Of a stretch of 64,000 bases of DNA, positions 35,794 to 45,337 are shown piece after piece. Origin of the DNA: Candidatus Latescibacterota bacterium (GTDB lineage: Bacteria > Latescibacterota > UBA2968 > UBA8231). The stretch covers positions 4,064,001-4,128,000 of the forward strand of contig OZ241362.1 of the NCBI GenBank assembly GCA_965200315.1, written 5' to 3'. Below the pieces are notes generated by a model. That model was given only the letters and a program-made list of their open reading frames with translations. It was not told the DNA's origin and searched no databases. Position numbers and translations under genes: made by a program. Numbering within the stretch: the stretch's first letter is position 1; every line of letters starts with the position of its first letter.

Positions 35794-35945
35794 CTAGAAA
35801 ACAGCAGAGGCGACACGCTTGCTGGGGTAAAAAGACAGATTGATGCTTTCGACCTCACATCGCTGATGGGCACATGAACGGAAACGACCTTCCCAATGAT
35901 GCCCATGTCGTCCGCCATTCATCCGGCGATAATTGATGACTAGAC
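35794..35945 (-). pseudogene. REP-associated tyrosine transposase (Y1_Tnp/RAYT) remnant
   Basis: YRRMNGGRHGHHWEGRFRS resembles the RAYT N..Y.R.GHLWEGRF.S motif; the rest is absent. Confidence 0.5.
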
Positions 35946-35954
35946 ACAAGAATT

Positions 35955-36854
35955 TCACCGCCTTCTGCCCAGCCGCTCCAACGCCAAGACCAGCACAACG
36001 CCCGCCGCAATCAGCCCCAAGCTCAGCCAAGCCTCGCCGTTGAATTCCTGCGGCCACGCGCATTCGTAGCGCCCATCCTCCAGCGCGTTGCGGAACGGCC
36101 ACACCTTGCGCAGGGAACCCAACATCAACCCCACCAAAAAGGCCATGGTGCCGGCGCGAAAGCGGGTCAGCAGGTGCTTGAGCAGCCGCGAGAAGCCCAG
36201 CAGACCAATGACCGCTCCAACGCCGAAGAGGGCCAAGATCGCCCAATCGAACTCGTGTACCGCGGTCAAGACCTGCTGGTATTTGCCCATGACCACTAAC
36301 AGGAACGAGCCGCTAATTCCCGGCAGGATCATCGCGCAGATGGCCACCATGCCGGCCAGCGCGAACTTGTAGCCCTCAACCCCGGTCTCTACCGGCACCA
36401 ACGTGGTGACGGCATAACCAACCACTGCGCCGAGAGCTGTCAGCCCCCACTGCGCCGTCTCCCATCCGGCGACCTGCCGAGCAATCACGAGCGCACTGGC
36501 CAAGATCAACCCGGTGAAAAAGCCCCACACGGGCTGGGGGTGCGTTGCCAGCAGCCAAGTTATGAACTTGGCCAGCGAGGCAATAGCCAAGCCCACGCCG
36601 CACAACAGCGGCACCAGAAAGGGAGCATTGACGCGGTGCAGTACCTCGATCCAGTGCCCCCGCACCAAGGCACTCACGACCCGTCGATCAATCGCGGCAA
36701 TAGTCCCGACCAGCTCGTCGTAAATGCCCGTGACCAAGGCGATGGTCCCCCCAGAAACCCCGGGAATCACATCGGCCGCGCCCATGCACAGCCCGCGCAA
36801 GACCAGCTTAGGGGCGCGGCGGCCTTCGGCCAGCAACTCACTTGCTTTCACCAA
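35955..36854 (-). CDS. DUF368 membrane protein (undecaprenyl-phosphate translocase family)
   Basis: MGAADVIPGVSGGTIA, AMILPGISGS. Confidence 0.92.
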   Translation of the reverse strand: MVKASELLAEGRRAPKLVLRGLCMGAADVIPGVSGGTIALVTGIYDELVGTIAAIDRRVVSALVRGHWIEVLHRVNAPFLVPLLCGVGLAIASLAKFITWLLATHPQPVWGFFTGLILASALVIARQVAGWETAQWGLTALGAVVGYAVTTLVPVETGVEGYKFALAGMVAICAMILPGISGSFLLVVMGKYQQVLTAVHEFDWAILALFGVGAVIGLLGFSRLLKHLLTRFRAGTMAFLVGLMLGSLRKVWPFRNALEDGRYECAWPQEFNGEAWLSLGLIAAGVVLVLALERLGRRR

Positions 36855-37965
36855 ACAGCTCCATCTGCTGAGTGTGCTCGCGCATGAACTCCACGATTAG
36901 GCGATCGGCCCGCGGCAAGGCGAAGTCGTCCAAAGCCTCCGGCCTAATCCAGCGCCAAGCAGCGCAACCCAGCGCCTCGGGGGTGCCGCACACATAGCGG
37001 GCGGCAAACGCGTGTAAGGTGATACTAAAATGCGAATAGGCGTGATCCACGCTCGTCAGACGCGCACCCACCTCGATCTCAACGCCCAATTCCTCGCGGA
37101 TCTCGCGCACCAAGCATTCGGGCAGGGATTCGCCGGGCTCCTGCTTGCCCCCGGGAAACTCCCACAGGCCACCGAGCATCCCCTCGGCCGGTCGCTGGGC
37201 AATTAACAACTCGTCGCCTTTGCGAATCAGGCCAGCCGCCACGTGATAATGCGGCCTCTGTTTCCTAGGGGCCTTACGCGGCAGGGAGGCTGGATCGTCC
37301 AGCTCGGCCTTGGCCCGGCACCAGTCGCCGACCGGACACGTCGGGCAAGGAGGGCTTTGCGGCGTGCAGACCCGCGACCCTAACTCCATCATCGCCTGAT
37401 TGAAGTCGCCGGCCTCACCCCGGGCCAGCAGGCTCTCTCCAGCGGCGATGAGCTGCGCCTTGACTCGGGCGCGGGCCGGCTCTTCCTCAATCAGCAACAA
37501 GCGACACAACACGCGGGTCACATTGCCGTCGAGCACCGGGTGATCGCGGTCAAAGGCAATGCTGCTGACGGCCGCGGCCGTGTATTGGCCAACCCCAGGC
37601 AGCTTGATCAGCTCTTGGTACGTATCCGGTATGCGGCCTCCCAAATCAAAGGCCATGCGCTTGGCCGCCTTGTGCATGTTGCGCGCCCGCGCATAGTAGC
37701 CCAAGCCCTCCCAGACCTTGAGCACTTGATCCTCGGAAGCAGCGGCCAGCGCTTGAAGCGTGGGAAATGCGCGGATAAAACGCTCGAAATAAGGGGCCAT
37801 CTGATCCACCCGGGTCTGTTGCAACATGACCTCGGATATCCAGACGTGATAGGGATTGCCGCTGTCGCGCCAACTCGTCTGCCGCTTGTTCTGGCGATAC
37901 CAAGCCAAGAGCCGAGCGCGGAAGGTGCTGAGCGCGTCCTGATCATCGAGCAAGCTGCGGCTCAA
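36838..37965 (-). CDS. mutY: A/G-specific adenine glycosylase with C-terminal Nudix domain
   Basis: WISEVMLQQT, GLGYYARARN, LPGVGQYTA, CX6CX2CX5C. TTG start coupled to the upstream stop. Confidence 0.95.
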   Translation of the reverse strand: MSRSLLDDQDALSTFRARLLAWYRQNKRQTSWRDSGNPYHVWISEVMLQQTRVDQMAPYFERFIRAFPTLQALAAASEDQVLKVWEGLGYYARARNMHKAAKRMAFDLGGRIPDTYQELIKLPGVGQYTAAAVSSIAFDRDHPVLDGNVTRVLCRLLLIEEEPARARVKAQLIAAGESLLARGEAGDFNQAMMELGSRVCTPQSPPCPTCPVGDWCRAKAELDDPASLPRKAPRKQRPHYHVAAGLIRKGDELLIAQRPAEGMLGGLWEFPGGKQEPGESLPECLVREIREELGVEIEVGARLTSVDHAYSHFSITLHAFAARYVCGTPEALGCAAWRWIRPEALDDFALPRADRLIVEFMREHTQQMELFGESK

Positions 37966-38933
37966 CCGTCCCCCTCTTCCAGCCAGCCAGTTTGCGGCAT
38001 GGCCTTGATCTCCCCGACGGTCTCGGCGGCCAAGAGGGCATTGACGACCGCAGCCTCGGCGGCCGCAGCTCCAGCGGCAAAGAGCGAATAGAGCTTTTCT
38101 GCGCCCACCATCCTCACCGATGCGGCCGCCTGTTGGGCCAAGCCCGTGGTGGAAAAGGCGAGGACGAGGCCCTCGCGCGTGTATGGGTTCCACAAGCCCG
38201 TCCGCGCCAACCCCAGCGCGGCGCGACCAGCCAACCTCTCTAGCTGACGCGGGATCAGGGGCGCGTCCGTAGCCACAACCGCGGCAAAGGTCTGCGGCCC
38301 CTCAGTCCGCTCGCCCACTGGCAGGACCCGTCCAGCCCAACGCAACTCGCGCCCTCCATTGACCGCAGCCAGCACGCCCAGCGCGTATTCGCCAACCTGG
38401 CGCGAGGCCGTACCGATGCCGCCCTTGTAGCCAAAGGCCTGCAACCCGCCGCCGACTCCGGCATTACCCGTGGGGACCGCGCTGCCAGCACTGACCAACG
38501 CCTCGTCTGTGTGGGCGTGTGTCAGGACCTTGCGGACGAGCGCGGGGTCGTTGACAGCCGCGTCGTCGATCCCCACCACCACCGGCGGCCAGCCGGCTAC
38601 GGTCGATAGCCCGGGGTCGCGGCCCAAGCTGTGGCGAATTAGGGATTCGTACACCCGGCCGACAACCGGCGTCGGGGCAAGGACAATGGGCGAGGAAAAG
38701 GTGCCGAAGTCTTCGGCGACCCCAAGGCCGCTCATGGCGTCGCCGCCGTCTATGGAGAAGCGACCGATAAACAGCTTGCGCTCTTCTACCGAGGCTGGAT
38801 ACGGAACGATAGCCGTGAGGCCGGTGTGCAGATCGGGCGTACGGATATCCGCGTGGCCCACGCTGACGCCGACCACATCGACAATAGCGTTGTGCGGCCC
38901 GGCCGCATCGCCTGCTGGGCGCGAGCGATTCAT
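37962..38933 (-). CDS. DmpA/P1 (S58) peptidase paralog, degenerate active site
   Basis: NAIVDVVGVSVGH, YKGGIGTASR, ATDAPL; the GSGD cleavage site is replaced by TREG. Confidence 0.8.
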   Translation of the reverse strand: MNRSRPAGDAAGPHNAIVDVVGVSVGHADIRTPDLHTGLTAIVPYPASVEERKLFIGRFSIDGGDAMSGLGVAEDFGTFSSPIVLAPTPVVGRVYESLIRHSLGRDPGLSTVAGWPPVVVGIDDAAVNDPALVRKVLTHAHTDEALVSAGSAVPTGNAGVGGGLQAFGYKGGIGTASRQVGEYALGVLAAVNGGRELRWAGRVLPVGERTEGPQTFAAVVATDAPLIPRQLERLAGRAALGLARTGLWNPYTREGLVLAFSTTGLAQQAAASVRMVGAEKLYSLFAAGAAAAEAAVVNALLAAETVGEIKAMPQTGWLEEGDG

Positions 38934-40072
38934 TTGAGCCGGCCGTGGGCGCGCATGATTTCGAGCAAGCGGTCCAGCGGCAGGGCGTGGATGGTATTGC
39001 CGGCGCGGCCAGTCATGGTATAGGCCGTAGTCAGCGCGTTGAGAATGGCTTCCTCCGTGGCCTCGACCACCCCTTGGAACAGGCCCGAAATCCAGCGGTC
39101 GGCCAGCATGGCCAGCGCGTCCGGCGGCTCGGGGGAGGCCGTAGAAAAGGCCAGTACCAAGTCGCCGCTGCCGTGCGTGGAGATTGCGCCCGTGCGCGCC
39201 ATGCCCAAAGCCACCCGCTTGCACACGCGCTGGAGCTGGATTGGGATCAGCGGCGCGTCCGTGGCCACCGCCGCGAGCATGGACTTGCTCTTGCCGCCGC
39301 GCACAGGCATCAGGTCGGTGAGCTCCCGGCCCACCGGGACGCCGTCGACGCGCAGTTGGGGCCGTCGGCCAAAATTCGCCTGCACCAGTACGCCCACCGT
39401 GTAGAGCTGATCACCGCTGGGGATTTTGCGCGATGCCGTGCCAATGCCGGCCTTAAAGCTATAGGCCCGCATCCCGGTGCCGCCGCCGACGCAGCCTTCG
39501 GCCACCGGCCCGCTGTGCGCCGCGTCGAGGGCCGCTGCCGCGTGTGCGGGCTGCACGTGTCGCCCAGCCTCGTCGTGGAGGAACGCAGCCCACGTCTCGC
39601 CGACTAGGGGCGCGGGCTGCAAATCGCTTCTGAACAGGTCGGGATCGCGCGCCAGCATCCACTCCACGGCCCCATCGTACACCGCGCCGACGCTGGACGT
39701 GTTGGTAAACAGGACGGGGCCAGCCAACAGGCCCGTGCGGCGCATAGAGCCTACCCCCATCAGCTCGCCGTTGCCGTTGAGCGTAAAGTCGGCGGCAAAT
39801 GCGGGTGTGCGCGGCACAATCGCCGTCACGCCGGTGCGCACGACTCGACTGCGCTCGCCGAAGTCCGGCCCCCCATCCTCAATCAGCGTCAGATGGCCGA
39901 CCCGGACGCCCTCGACATCGGTGATGGCGTTGTGGGGGCCGGTCGCCAACTCGCCAATGACAATGCCCAACTCGCGCAGGCGCACCCGCTCCGGCTGCGC
40001 GGGCGCGGCCCGGCCCAATGCCGGCCACGCAGCCGCACCTAGGCTCAAGCCGAGAAAGGCCCGGCGATCCAT
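38930..40072 (-). CDS. DmpA/P1 (S58) L-aminopeptidase/D-amidase with Tat signal
   Basis: DRRAFL twin-arginine signal, NAITDVEGVRVGH, NGNGE, GGGTGM, HGSGD. Alternative TTG start at 40090. Confidence 0.9.
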   Translation of the reverse strand: MDRRAFLGLSLGAAAWPALGRAAPAQPERVRLRELGIVIGELATGPHNAITDVEGVRVGHLTLIEDGGPDFGERSRVVRTGVTAIVPRTPAFAADFTLNGNGELMGVGSMRRTGLLAGPVLFTNTSSVGAVYDGAVEWMLARDPDLFRSDLQPAPLVGETWAAFLHDEAGRHVQPAHAAAALDAAHSGPVAEGCVGGGTGMRAYSFKAGIGTASRKIPSGDQLYTVGVLVQANFGRRPQLRVDGVPVGRELTDLMPVRGGKSKSMLAAVATDAPLIPIQLQRVCKRVALGMARTGAISTHGSGDLVLAFSTASPEPPDALAMLADRWISGLFQGVVEATEEAILNALTTAYTMTGRAGNTIHALPLDRLLEIMRAHGRLK

Positions 40073-40073
40073 G

Positions 40074-41132
40074 TCAGAGTGCTTGGACAATCCGCTCCCC
40101 TAGCTCGCGGCAACTCAACCCACCCCCTAAATCGGGCGTCCCCACGCCCGGCTCGCCGATTACAGCACGCACCGCTTCCTCGATTCGGTCCGCCCCGCTT
40201 GTGGCCTCCAAGTCGCCGCGCCGCTGGCCCAACCAACGCAGCATCAAGGCCGCCGACAAGATCATTGCCACCGGATTGGCCTTTCCCTGCCCGGCAATGT
40301 CGGGCGCAGTACCGTGCGAGGGTTGGAAAACAGCCGCCTCCTCGCCGAGGTCCCCCGAAGGGGCCAGCCCCAAACCGCCGACCAAGCCGGCGGCCAAGTC
40401 CGAGATAATGTCTCCGTACATATTCTCGGTGACCAGCACATCGTATCCTGTCGGTTGCTGCACCAAGTACATGCTCAGGGCGTCGATATACGCGTAGTCG
40501 CGCTCGACCTCTGGGTAGTCGGCGGCCACCTCGTCGTACACGCGGCGAAAAAAGGCCATCGAGCGGAAGACGTTGGCCTTGTCAACGCACGTTACCTTCA
40601 TCGGCGTCCGACCGCGCTGCCGCGCCAGCTCAAAGGCGTAGCGCACCACGCGCTCCGTGCCCGTGCGCGTAATGACCATAGAGTCCACGGCCACTTCGCC
40701 GCGCAACTGAATGCCGCCGTTCATGGAGGCAAAAAGCCCCTCGACGTTCTCGCGCAAGATGACGAAGTCAATATCGCCCGCCTCTAAGCCTTTGAGCGGG
40801 GTATGCGCGGCCGCATAGAGGTAGATCGGCCGCACCCCTGCGTATAGGTCCAGTTGGAACCGCAAGTCCACTTGTGGCCGCATCTCCGTCCCGTCCGGCC
40901 AGCGGACGTGCGGCAACCCCATCGCTCCCAACAGCACCGCATCCGCTTGGCGACACCCTTCCACCGTCGCCTCCGGCAGCGGATCCCCTTGCTCCAAGTA
41001 GCACCCCGCGCCACAGGGGTACTCGGCGAAGGCAAGGCAAGGAGCCTCCAATGCCTTGAGCACCTTCAGGGCCTCGTCCATGACCTCCGGTCCGATGCCG
41101 TCGCCTTTGAGGACGGCGATGTCGTAGGCCAT
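40074..41132 (-). CDS. isocitrate/isopropylmalate (beta-hydroxyacid) dehydrogenase family
   Basis: GDGIGPEV, VDKANV, NMYGDIISD, HGTAPDIAG. Confidence 0.92.
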   Translation of the reverse strand: MAYDIAVLKGDGIGPEVMDEALKVLKALEAPCLAFAEYPCGAGCYLEQGDPLPEATVEGCRQADAVLLGAMGLPHVRWPDGTEMRPQVDLRFQLDLYAGVRPIYLYAAAHTPLKGLEAGDIDFVILRENVEGLFASMNGGIQLRGEVAVDSMVITRTGTERVVRYAFELARQRGRTPMKVTCVDKANVFRSMAFFRRVYDEVAADYPEVERDYAYIDALSMYLVQQPTGYDVLVTENMYGDIISDLAAGLVGGLGLAPSGDLGEEAAVFQPSHGTAPDIAGQGKANPVAMILSAALMLRWLGQRRGDLEATSGADRIEEAVRAVIGEPGVGTPDLGGGLSCRELGERIVQAL

Positions 41133-41134
41133 TT

Positions 41135-42394
41135 TTAGCTCCACAAGCGGTCGTGGGGCCGCTCGTCGTTCCACTCCTCGGTGGGGCCGAACAGCTCCGG
41201 CTGCTCTGGCTCGGCAAACGACCTCAGCACTTCTTCGTTGAGGCCGCTAAAGCCCAGCCCCGGCCCCTCCGGCACTGCAATATGCCCGTCTTCAATCAGG
41301 GGCACCGGCAAGCCCTCGACCAAGCTGCTCCACTGCTCTAGCTGATCGACCGAGTGGTTTTCGAGCACCATGAAGTTTTCGGTCGCGGCGGCGCAATGCA
41401 CCGAAGCTAGTGCCGCCACTGGCGACATGGCCATGTGCAGCGCGAGGGCAATACCGTGCTCCTGCGCTAGATCGCCGATCTTTTTGGTCTCGAGAATCCC
41501 GCCGGAAGAGGCCAAGTCCGGGTGGGCGACGGCAATGGCGCGCCGTTCAAAGAGGGGCCGGAAGTTTTCCTTGAGATAGATGTCCTCGCCCGTGCATACG
41601 GGCGTATCCACGGCCTCGGCGAGCCGCTGCCACTGGTCGGCCAACTGCCAGGGGATCATGTCCTCGTACCAAGCTAGGCTGAACTGATCTAGGGCCTTGC
41701 CCAAGCGGATGCAGGACTCGACGCCAAGGTGGCCAAAGTGATCGACGGCGAGGGGGATTTCATAGCCGATCACCTCGCGCACTTGCGCCACGTATTTGCA
41801 GAGGATATCAATGCCCTTGTTGGTAATCTGGATCCCCGTAAATGGGTGCATAATGTCGCGGCTTTCCAACATACCCGGCGGGGCGACCAGCGCGTCTGCG
41901 ACCCCCCCCAGCAACCCAATGCCGACGTCCATTTTGAGGAATTTGAAACCCTGCTCCATCCGCTCCTTGAGCAACTGCCCCATCTCGCGGCCGTCGCGCC
42001 GCGTGGGGGTATCGCAGTAACAGAGAATGCGGTCGCGGAACTTGCCGCCGGCCAGTTGGTAGGCCGGCACATTATAGGCTTTGCCTGCTAGGTCCATCAG
42101 TGCCATCTCGACGCCGCAGACGCCGCCGGCTTGGCGCGCGTGGTGGCCAAATTGTTTGATCTTGCGGAAGAGCTTATCGACGTTGCAGGGGTTTTCGCCG
42201 AGCAAGCGGCTTTTGAGCATTAGCGCGTAGGTCGGGCTGCCGCCATCGCGCACCTCGCCGTAGCCAGAAAGGCCCTGATTGGTGTCGATGCGGATAATCG
42301 TCGCCCGGAACGGCGCACCGCGCACATTGGCGACGCGCATATCCGTGATCTTCAGTTCCGCAGGTCGGGAGTGCGTATTCACGTTTTCTTCCAT
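41135..42394 (-). CDS. mandelate racemase/muconate lactonizing enzyme (acid-sugar dehydratase-like)
   Basis: EMALMDLAGK, KxD, WYED, TGED, GGILE enolase-superfamily motifs. Confidence 0.9.
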   Translation of the reverse strand: MEENVNTHSRPAELKITDMRVANVRGAPFRATIIRIDTNQGLSGYGEVRDGGSPTYALMLKSRLLGENPCNVDKLFRKIKQFGHHARQAGGVCGVEMALMDLAGKAYNVPAYQLAGGKFRDRILCYCDTPTRRDGREMGQLLKERMEQGFKFLKMDVGIGLLGGVADALVAPPGMLESRDIMHPFTGIQITNKGIDILCKYVAQVREVIGYEIPLAVDHFGHLGVESCIRLGKALDQFSLAWYEDMIPWQLADQWQRLAEAVDTPVCTGEDIYLKENFRPLFERRAIAVAHPDLASSGGILETKKIGDLAQEHGIALALHMAMSPVAALASVHCAAATENFMVLENHSVDQLEQWSSLVEGLPVPLIEDGHIAVPEGPGLGFSGLNEEVLRSFAEPEQPELFGPTEEWNDERPHDRLWS

Positions 42395-42478
42395 TCTTGT
42401 CTCCGTTTTCGTTGGATGTATTTTAGGAGCTTTCAATGATATCCCGCCCGCATTTTTCCGTCAACTTAGGAGACCGAT

Positions 42479-43261
42479 ATGAAGCTGAAGGACAGAGTGG
42501 CCCTCATCACCGGTGGCAGCAGCGGCATTGGCCGGGCTGCGGCCGTGGCCATGGCCCGCGAAGGAGCCAACATCGCGCTGACGGCCCGCCGCTCCGAGCG
42601 CTGCGAGGAAGCTGTCGCCGAAATCGAAGGACTAGGCGGCCAAGCGCTGGCTCTGCCCGGCGATGTGGCTAACGCCGAGCACGTCGCCGGGCTGGTGGCC
42701 GCCACCGTTGAGCGTTGGGGCCGCCTCGACATCGCGGTGCCCAACGCCGGCATCAACGGAGTTTTCGCCCCCATCGAGGACATCACGCCCGAGGAATGGG
42801 ACCAGACCCACAACATCAACGTGCGCGGCACCTTCCTCACCGTTAAATACGCCATCCCCCACCTGCGCGCGGCCGGCCGCGGCAGCATAGTCATCGTCTC
42901 CTCGGTCAACGGCAACCGCATCTTCTCCAACTTTGGCTTCACCTCGTATTCCTGCTCCAAGGCCGCTCAAGTTACCTTCGCCAAAATGGCCGCGGTCGAA
43001 CTGGCGCAGTGGGACATCCGCATCAACGTCGTCTGCCCTGGCGCCACCCGAACCAGCATCGGCGAGAACACTTTTCCGCGCAACATCGCCCAGATTCGCA
43101 TCCCCCGCGAGTTCCCCCAAGGCATGATCCCCCTACAACAACGCGCCGCCAGTGCCGAGGAGGTGGCCAACGCCATCGTCTTTTTGGCGTCGGACGAGGC
43201 TAGCTACATCACGGGAACTGAGATGTACGTAGATGGGGCGCTGTCGCTGTTTCAAGGGTGA
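42479..43261 (+). CDS. SDR oxidoreductase
   Basis: TGGSSGIG, NAG, YSCSK. Confidence 0.95.
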   Translation: MKLKDRVALITGGSSGIGRAAAVAMAREGANIALTARRSERCEEAVAEIEGLGGQALALPGDVANAEHVAGLVAATVERWGRLDIAVPNAGINGVFAPIEDITPEEWDQTHNINVRGTFLTVKYAIPHLRAAGRGSIVIVSSVNGNRIFSNFGFTSYSCSKAAQVTFAKMAAVELAQWDIRINVVCPGATRTSIGENTFPRNIAQIRIPREFPQGMIPLQQRAASAEEVANAIVFLASDEASYITGTEMYVDGALSLFQG

Positions 43262-43307
43262 GGGCGGCCACTGCACAGAACCGGAACACAACTTAGGGAT
43301 CGACTAA

Positions 43308-44215
43308 ATGTGCAACACAAACGTTGGCATCTTGGCGACCCTACTCGTGCTATCAAGTGCCTGTCTGGCCGCAGCAAGAGTCGCGCCCCGCACAGACGAG
43401 AGCCCAGCTTCGCACCCTCCGCTTTGCAGTAGAGCCGCAATCACGCCGCCTTGGATTTCCCAACCGCTGGAACAGAATTTACCAAGACGCGGTTTTGTCC
43501 TTCAACGAAGAAACGGTCCGCGCACAGAGTCGCCGCGTCGAAAGCCTTTGCTGCCAGCGACCATTTTTATGACTTCAACGACGAGGCTGCGCACATCTTG
43601 GACGACTGGTTCACAGTCGCCGACCAAGATGGGATACGCCAGCATCACTTGGTAGAAGTTAAACGCGTTCTGTCGGGATTAACGCCCGAACGGGCGGCCA
43701 GCTATGCCCAGTTGAGGGCCTATAACCGCGTCTTCTTCCTCATCTTTCGCGGTATCGTGAACCGCGATCAGGGCTTTATGGACGCCCTCGGTCGGGACCC
43801 GGACATCGTCGACATCCTGTTGCAAGCTACTGGCTACGATTTTCTCTATCCAGACAATGAGTACCTGCTGGAAAACGCCATCCGAGAGCTCGGGAGGTTG
43901 GCCACAGTAGATGCTCTCGAAGACGCCGTCATCGCCGCTCTGCTCTCTATACTCCCCAAGCACGAGCGTCTCAGTGGGCCCTTCATGATTGTGGTAGAAA
44001 ACCTAGAAAATCGGATCAATTGCGAGACTTGGAACATCTGTCGGGACGTGCTGGAAAGTGAAATCATCGCCCGGGCCTTCCCTCATACATACGTACCGTT
44101 TCGACGATGGGGCCGTAGTGTTTGAAACGTCCCTCGGCTTGGAGACGGTGCAACCCTTGTACTACGCGGCTAAGGAGGTCAAGGCGCAGTTTCACCGATT
44201 GTTGGAAACATACAA
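43308..44215 (+). pseudogene. M9 microbial collagenase, frameshifted and 3'-truncated
   Basis: Signal-peptide-like start. HTYRFDDG...LYYAAKEVKAQFHR resembles the clostridial collagenase TYTFDDG...LYWASKEVK.QF.R segment. Frameshifts near 43500 and 44090; no HExxH. Confidence 0.7.
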
Positions 44216-44574
44216 ATATGCATATTTTAGCGTCCGTTGCGAAATGTCTTGGGGCCGCTTCTGCGGTCTGGCGGTTCCATGCGATTCGCCCGGCCTCTGC
44301 GGTGTGTTTGCTTTTGACGGGGTTGCAAGTGCCCTCGCCGTGAGATGTTCGTCTTGAGCGCGTCAGCCCTGGCGTCATTATAGCCCACTCCAGCAGATCG
44401 CGTCTAGTGGGCTGCGCCGACCAGCGGTGATTGCTCCGTATGATCTTGGCCCGGTCCTCGCTGCGGCTGCGCGGCCACTCCCCCCGCTTGCCTGTCCCGC
44501 AGGAGACGCCGGGACCTCTGCTGAGGACGGAAGAGGCCGCCCGTGTAGCGGGAGTGCCACCAAAAACAATCAGA

Positions 44575-44690
44575 TTGCTATAACGGCCACATGCCCCAAC
44601 CGACGGCAGCCCGTTTCAGGGCTTCGGAGGTGCCGCCCTTCTCGCCTTCCACATACGGTGTCTCCTGCTCCATCCGCACACCATACTCAG
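44575..44690 (-). pseudogene. Rad52/Rad22 (Sak-like) single-strand annealing protein remnant
   Basis: DGAGDT / VEGEKGGTSEALKRAAVGWG / GRY recovered across two 1-nt frameshifts. Confidence 0.6.
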
Positions 44691-44788
44691 CCGTCTGCGG
44701 TGCGTATCTCGACGCGGCAGATGATGCGGCTAAAAATGCGAAAACCGGCAGTCTTGCCGTCGGTGCCCAATATCCGTTTTCTTTTTTT

Positions 44789-45337
44789 ATGATCTTAACT
44801 ATCCTCGCGTCCCTGCTGTTGACGGGCTGCCGCGCCGATCCCCCCCAAGCCCTCGATTTGGCTGGCAATCCAGTTGATCCCTTTGTCAACCGCGCTCCCG
44901 TTGCGGTTTTGCTCTTCGTCCAGACCGATTGCCCCATCTCCAACCGCTACGCCCCGACCATAGCGCGTCTCCACGCCCGCTTCGAGCCGCAAGGCGTTGC
45001 ATTCTACTTGGTGTATCCCGACCGCCGCGAAGATGTGGACGCCATCCGCCGCCACGGTCGGGAATACGGCTTACCGGGCCAAGCCCTACGGGACGTGCAG
45101 CACACCCTCGTCAAAAGAGTCGGCGCGACCGCAACCCCAGAAGCCGTGGTGTTAGGTGAGCGCGGCAACATCGTCTATCGGGGCCGCATTGACGACCGCT
45201 ACACGGCCTTGGACCAAGTGCGCCCGCAGCCGACCCGCAGCGACCTCGCAAACGCCTTGGAGGCCGCCCTCGCTGGTCGCCCTCCAGACCCGAGCGCCAC
45301 CGAGGCGATTGGCTGCTTTATCGCCGATCTGCAATGA
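44789..45337 (+). CDS. redoxin (AhpC/TSA-like thioredoxin fold) lipoprotein
   Basis: Lipobox LTGC, QTDCPISNRY, ATPEAVV, YRGRIDD, C-terminal AIGC. Confidence 0.85.
   Translation: MILTILASLLLTGCRADPPQALDLAGNPVDPFVNRAPVAVLLFVQTDCPISNRYAPTIARLHARFEPQGVAFYLVYPDRREDVDAIRRHGREYGLPGQALRDVQHTLVKRVGATATPEAVVLGERGNIVYRGRIDDRYTALDQVRPQPTRSDLANALEAALAGRPPDPSATEAIGCFIADLQ

Noticed and set aside
40074-41132. Calling this gene leuB
   Set aside because: Family motifs are shared with tartrate and other dehydrogenases, and the context is catabolic with no leu genes.
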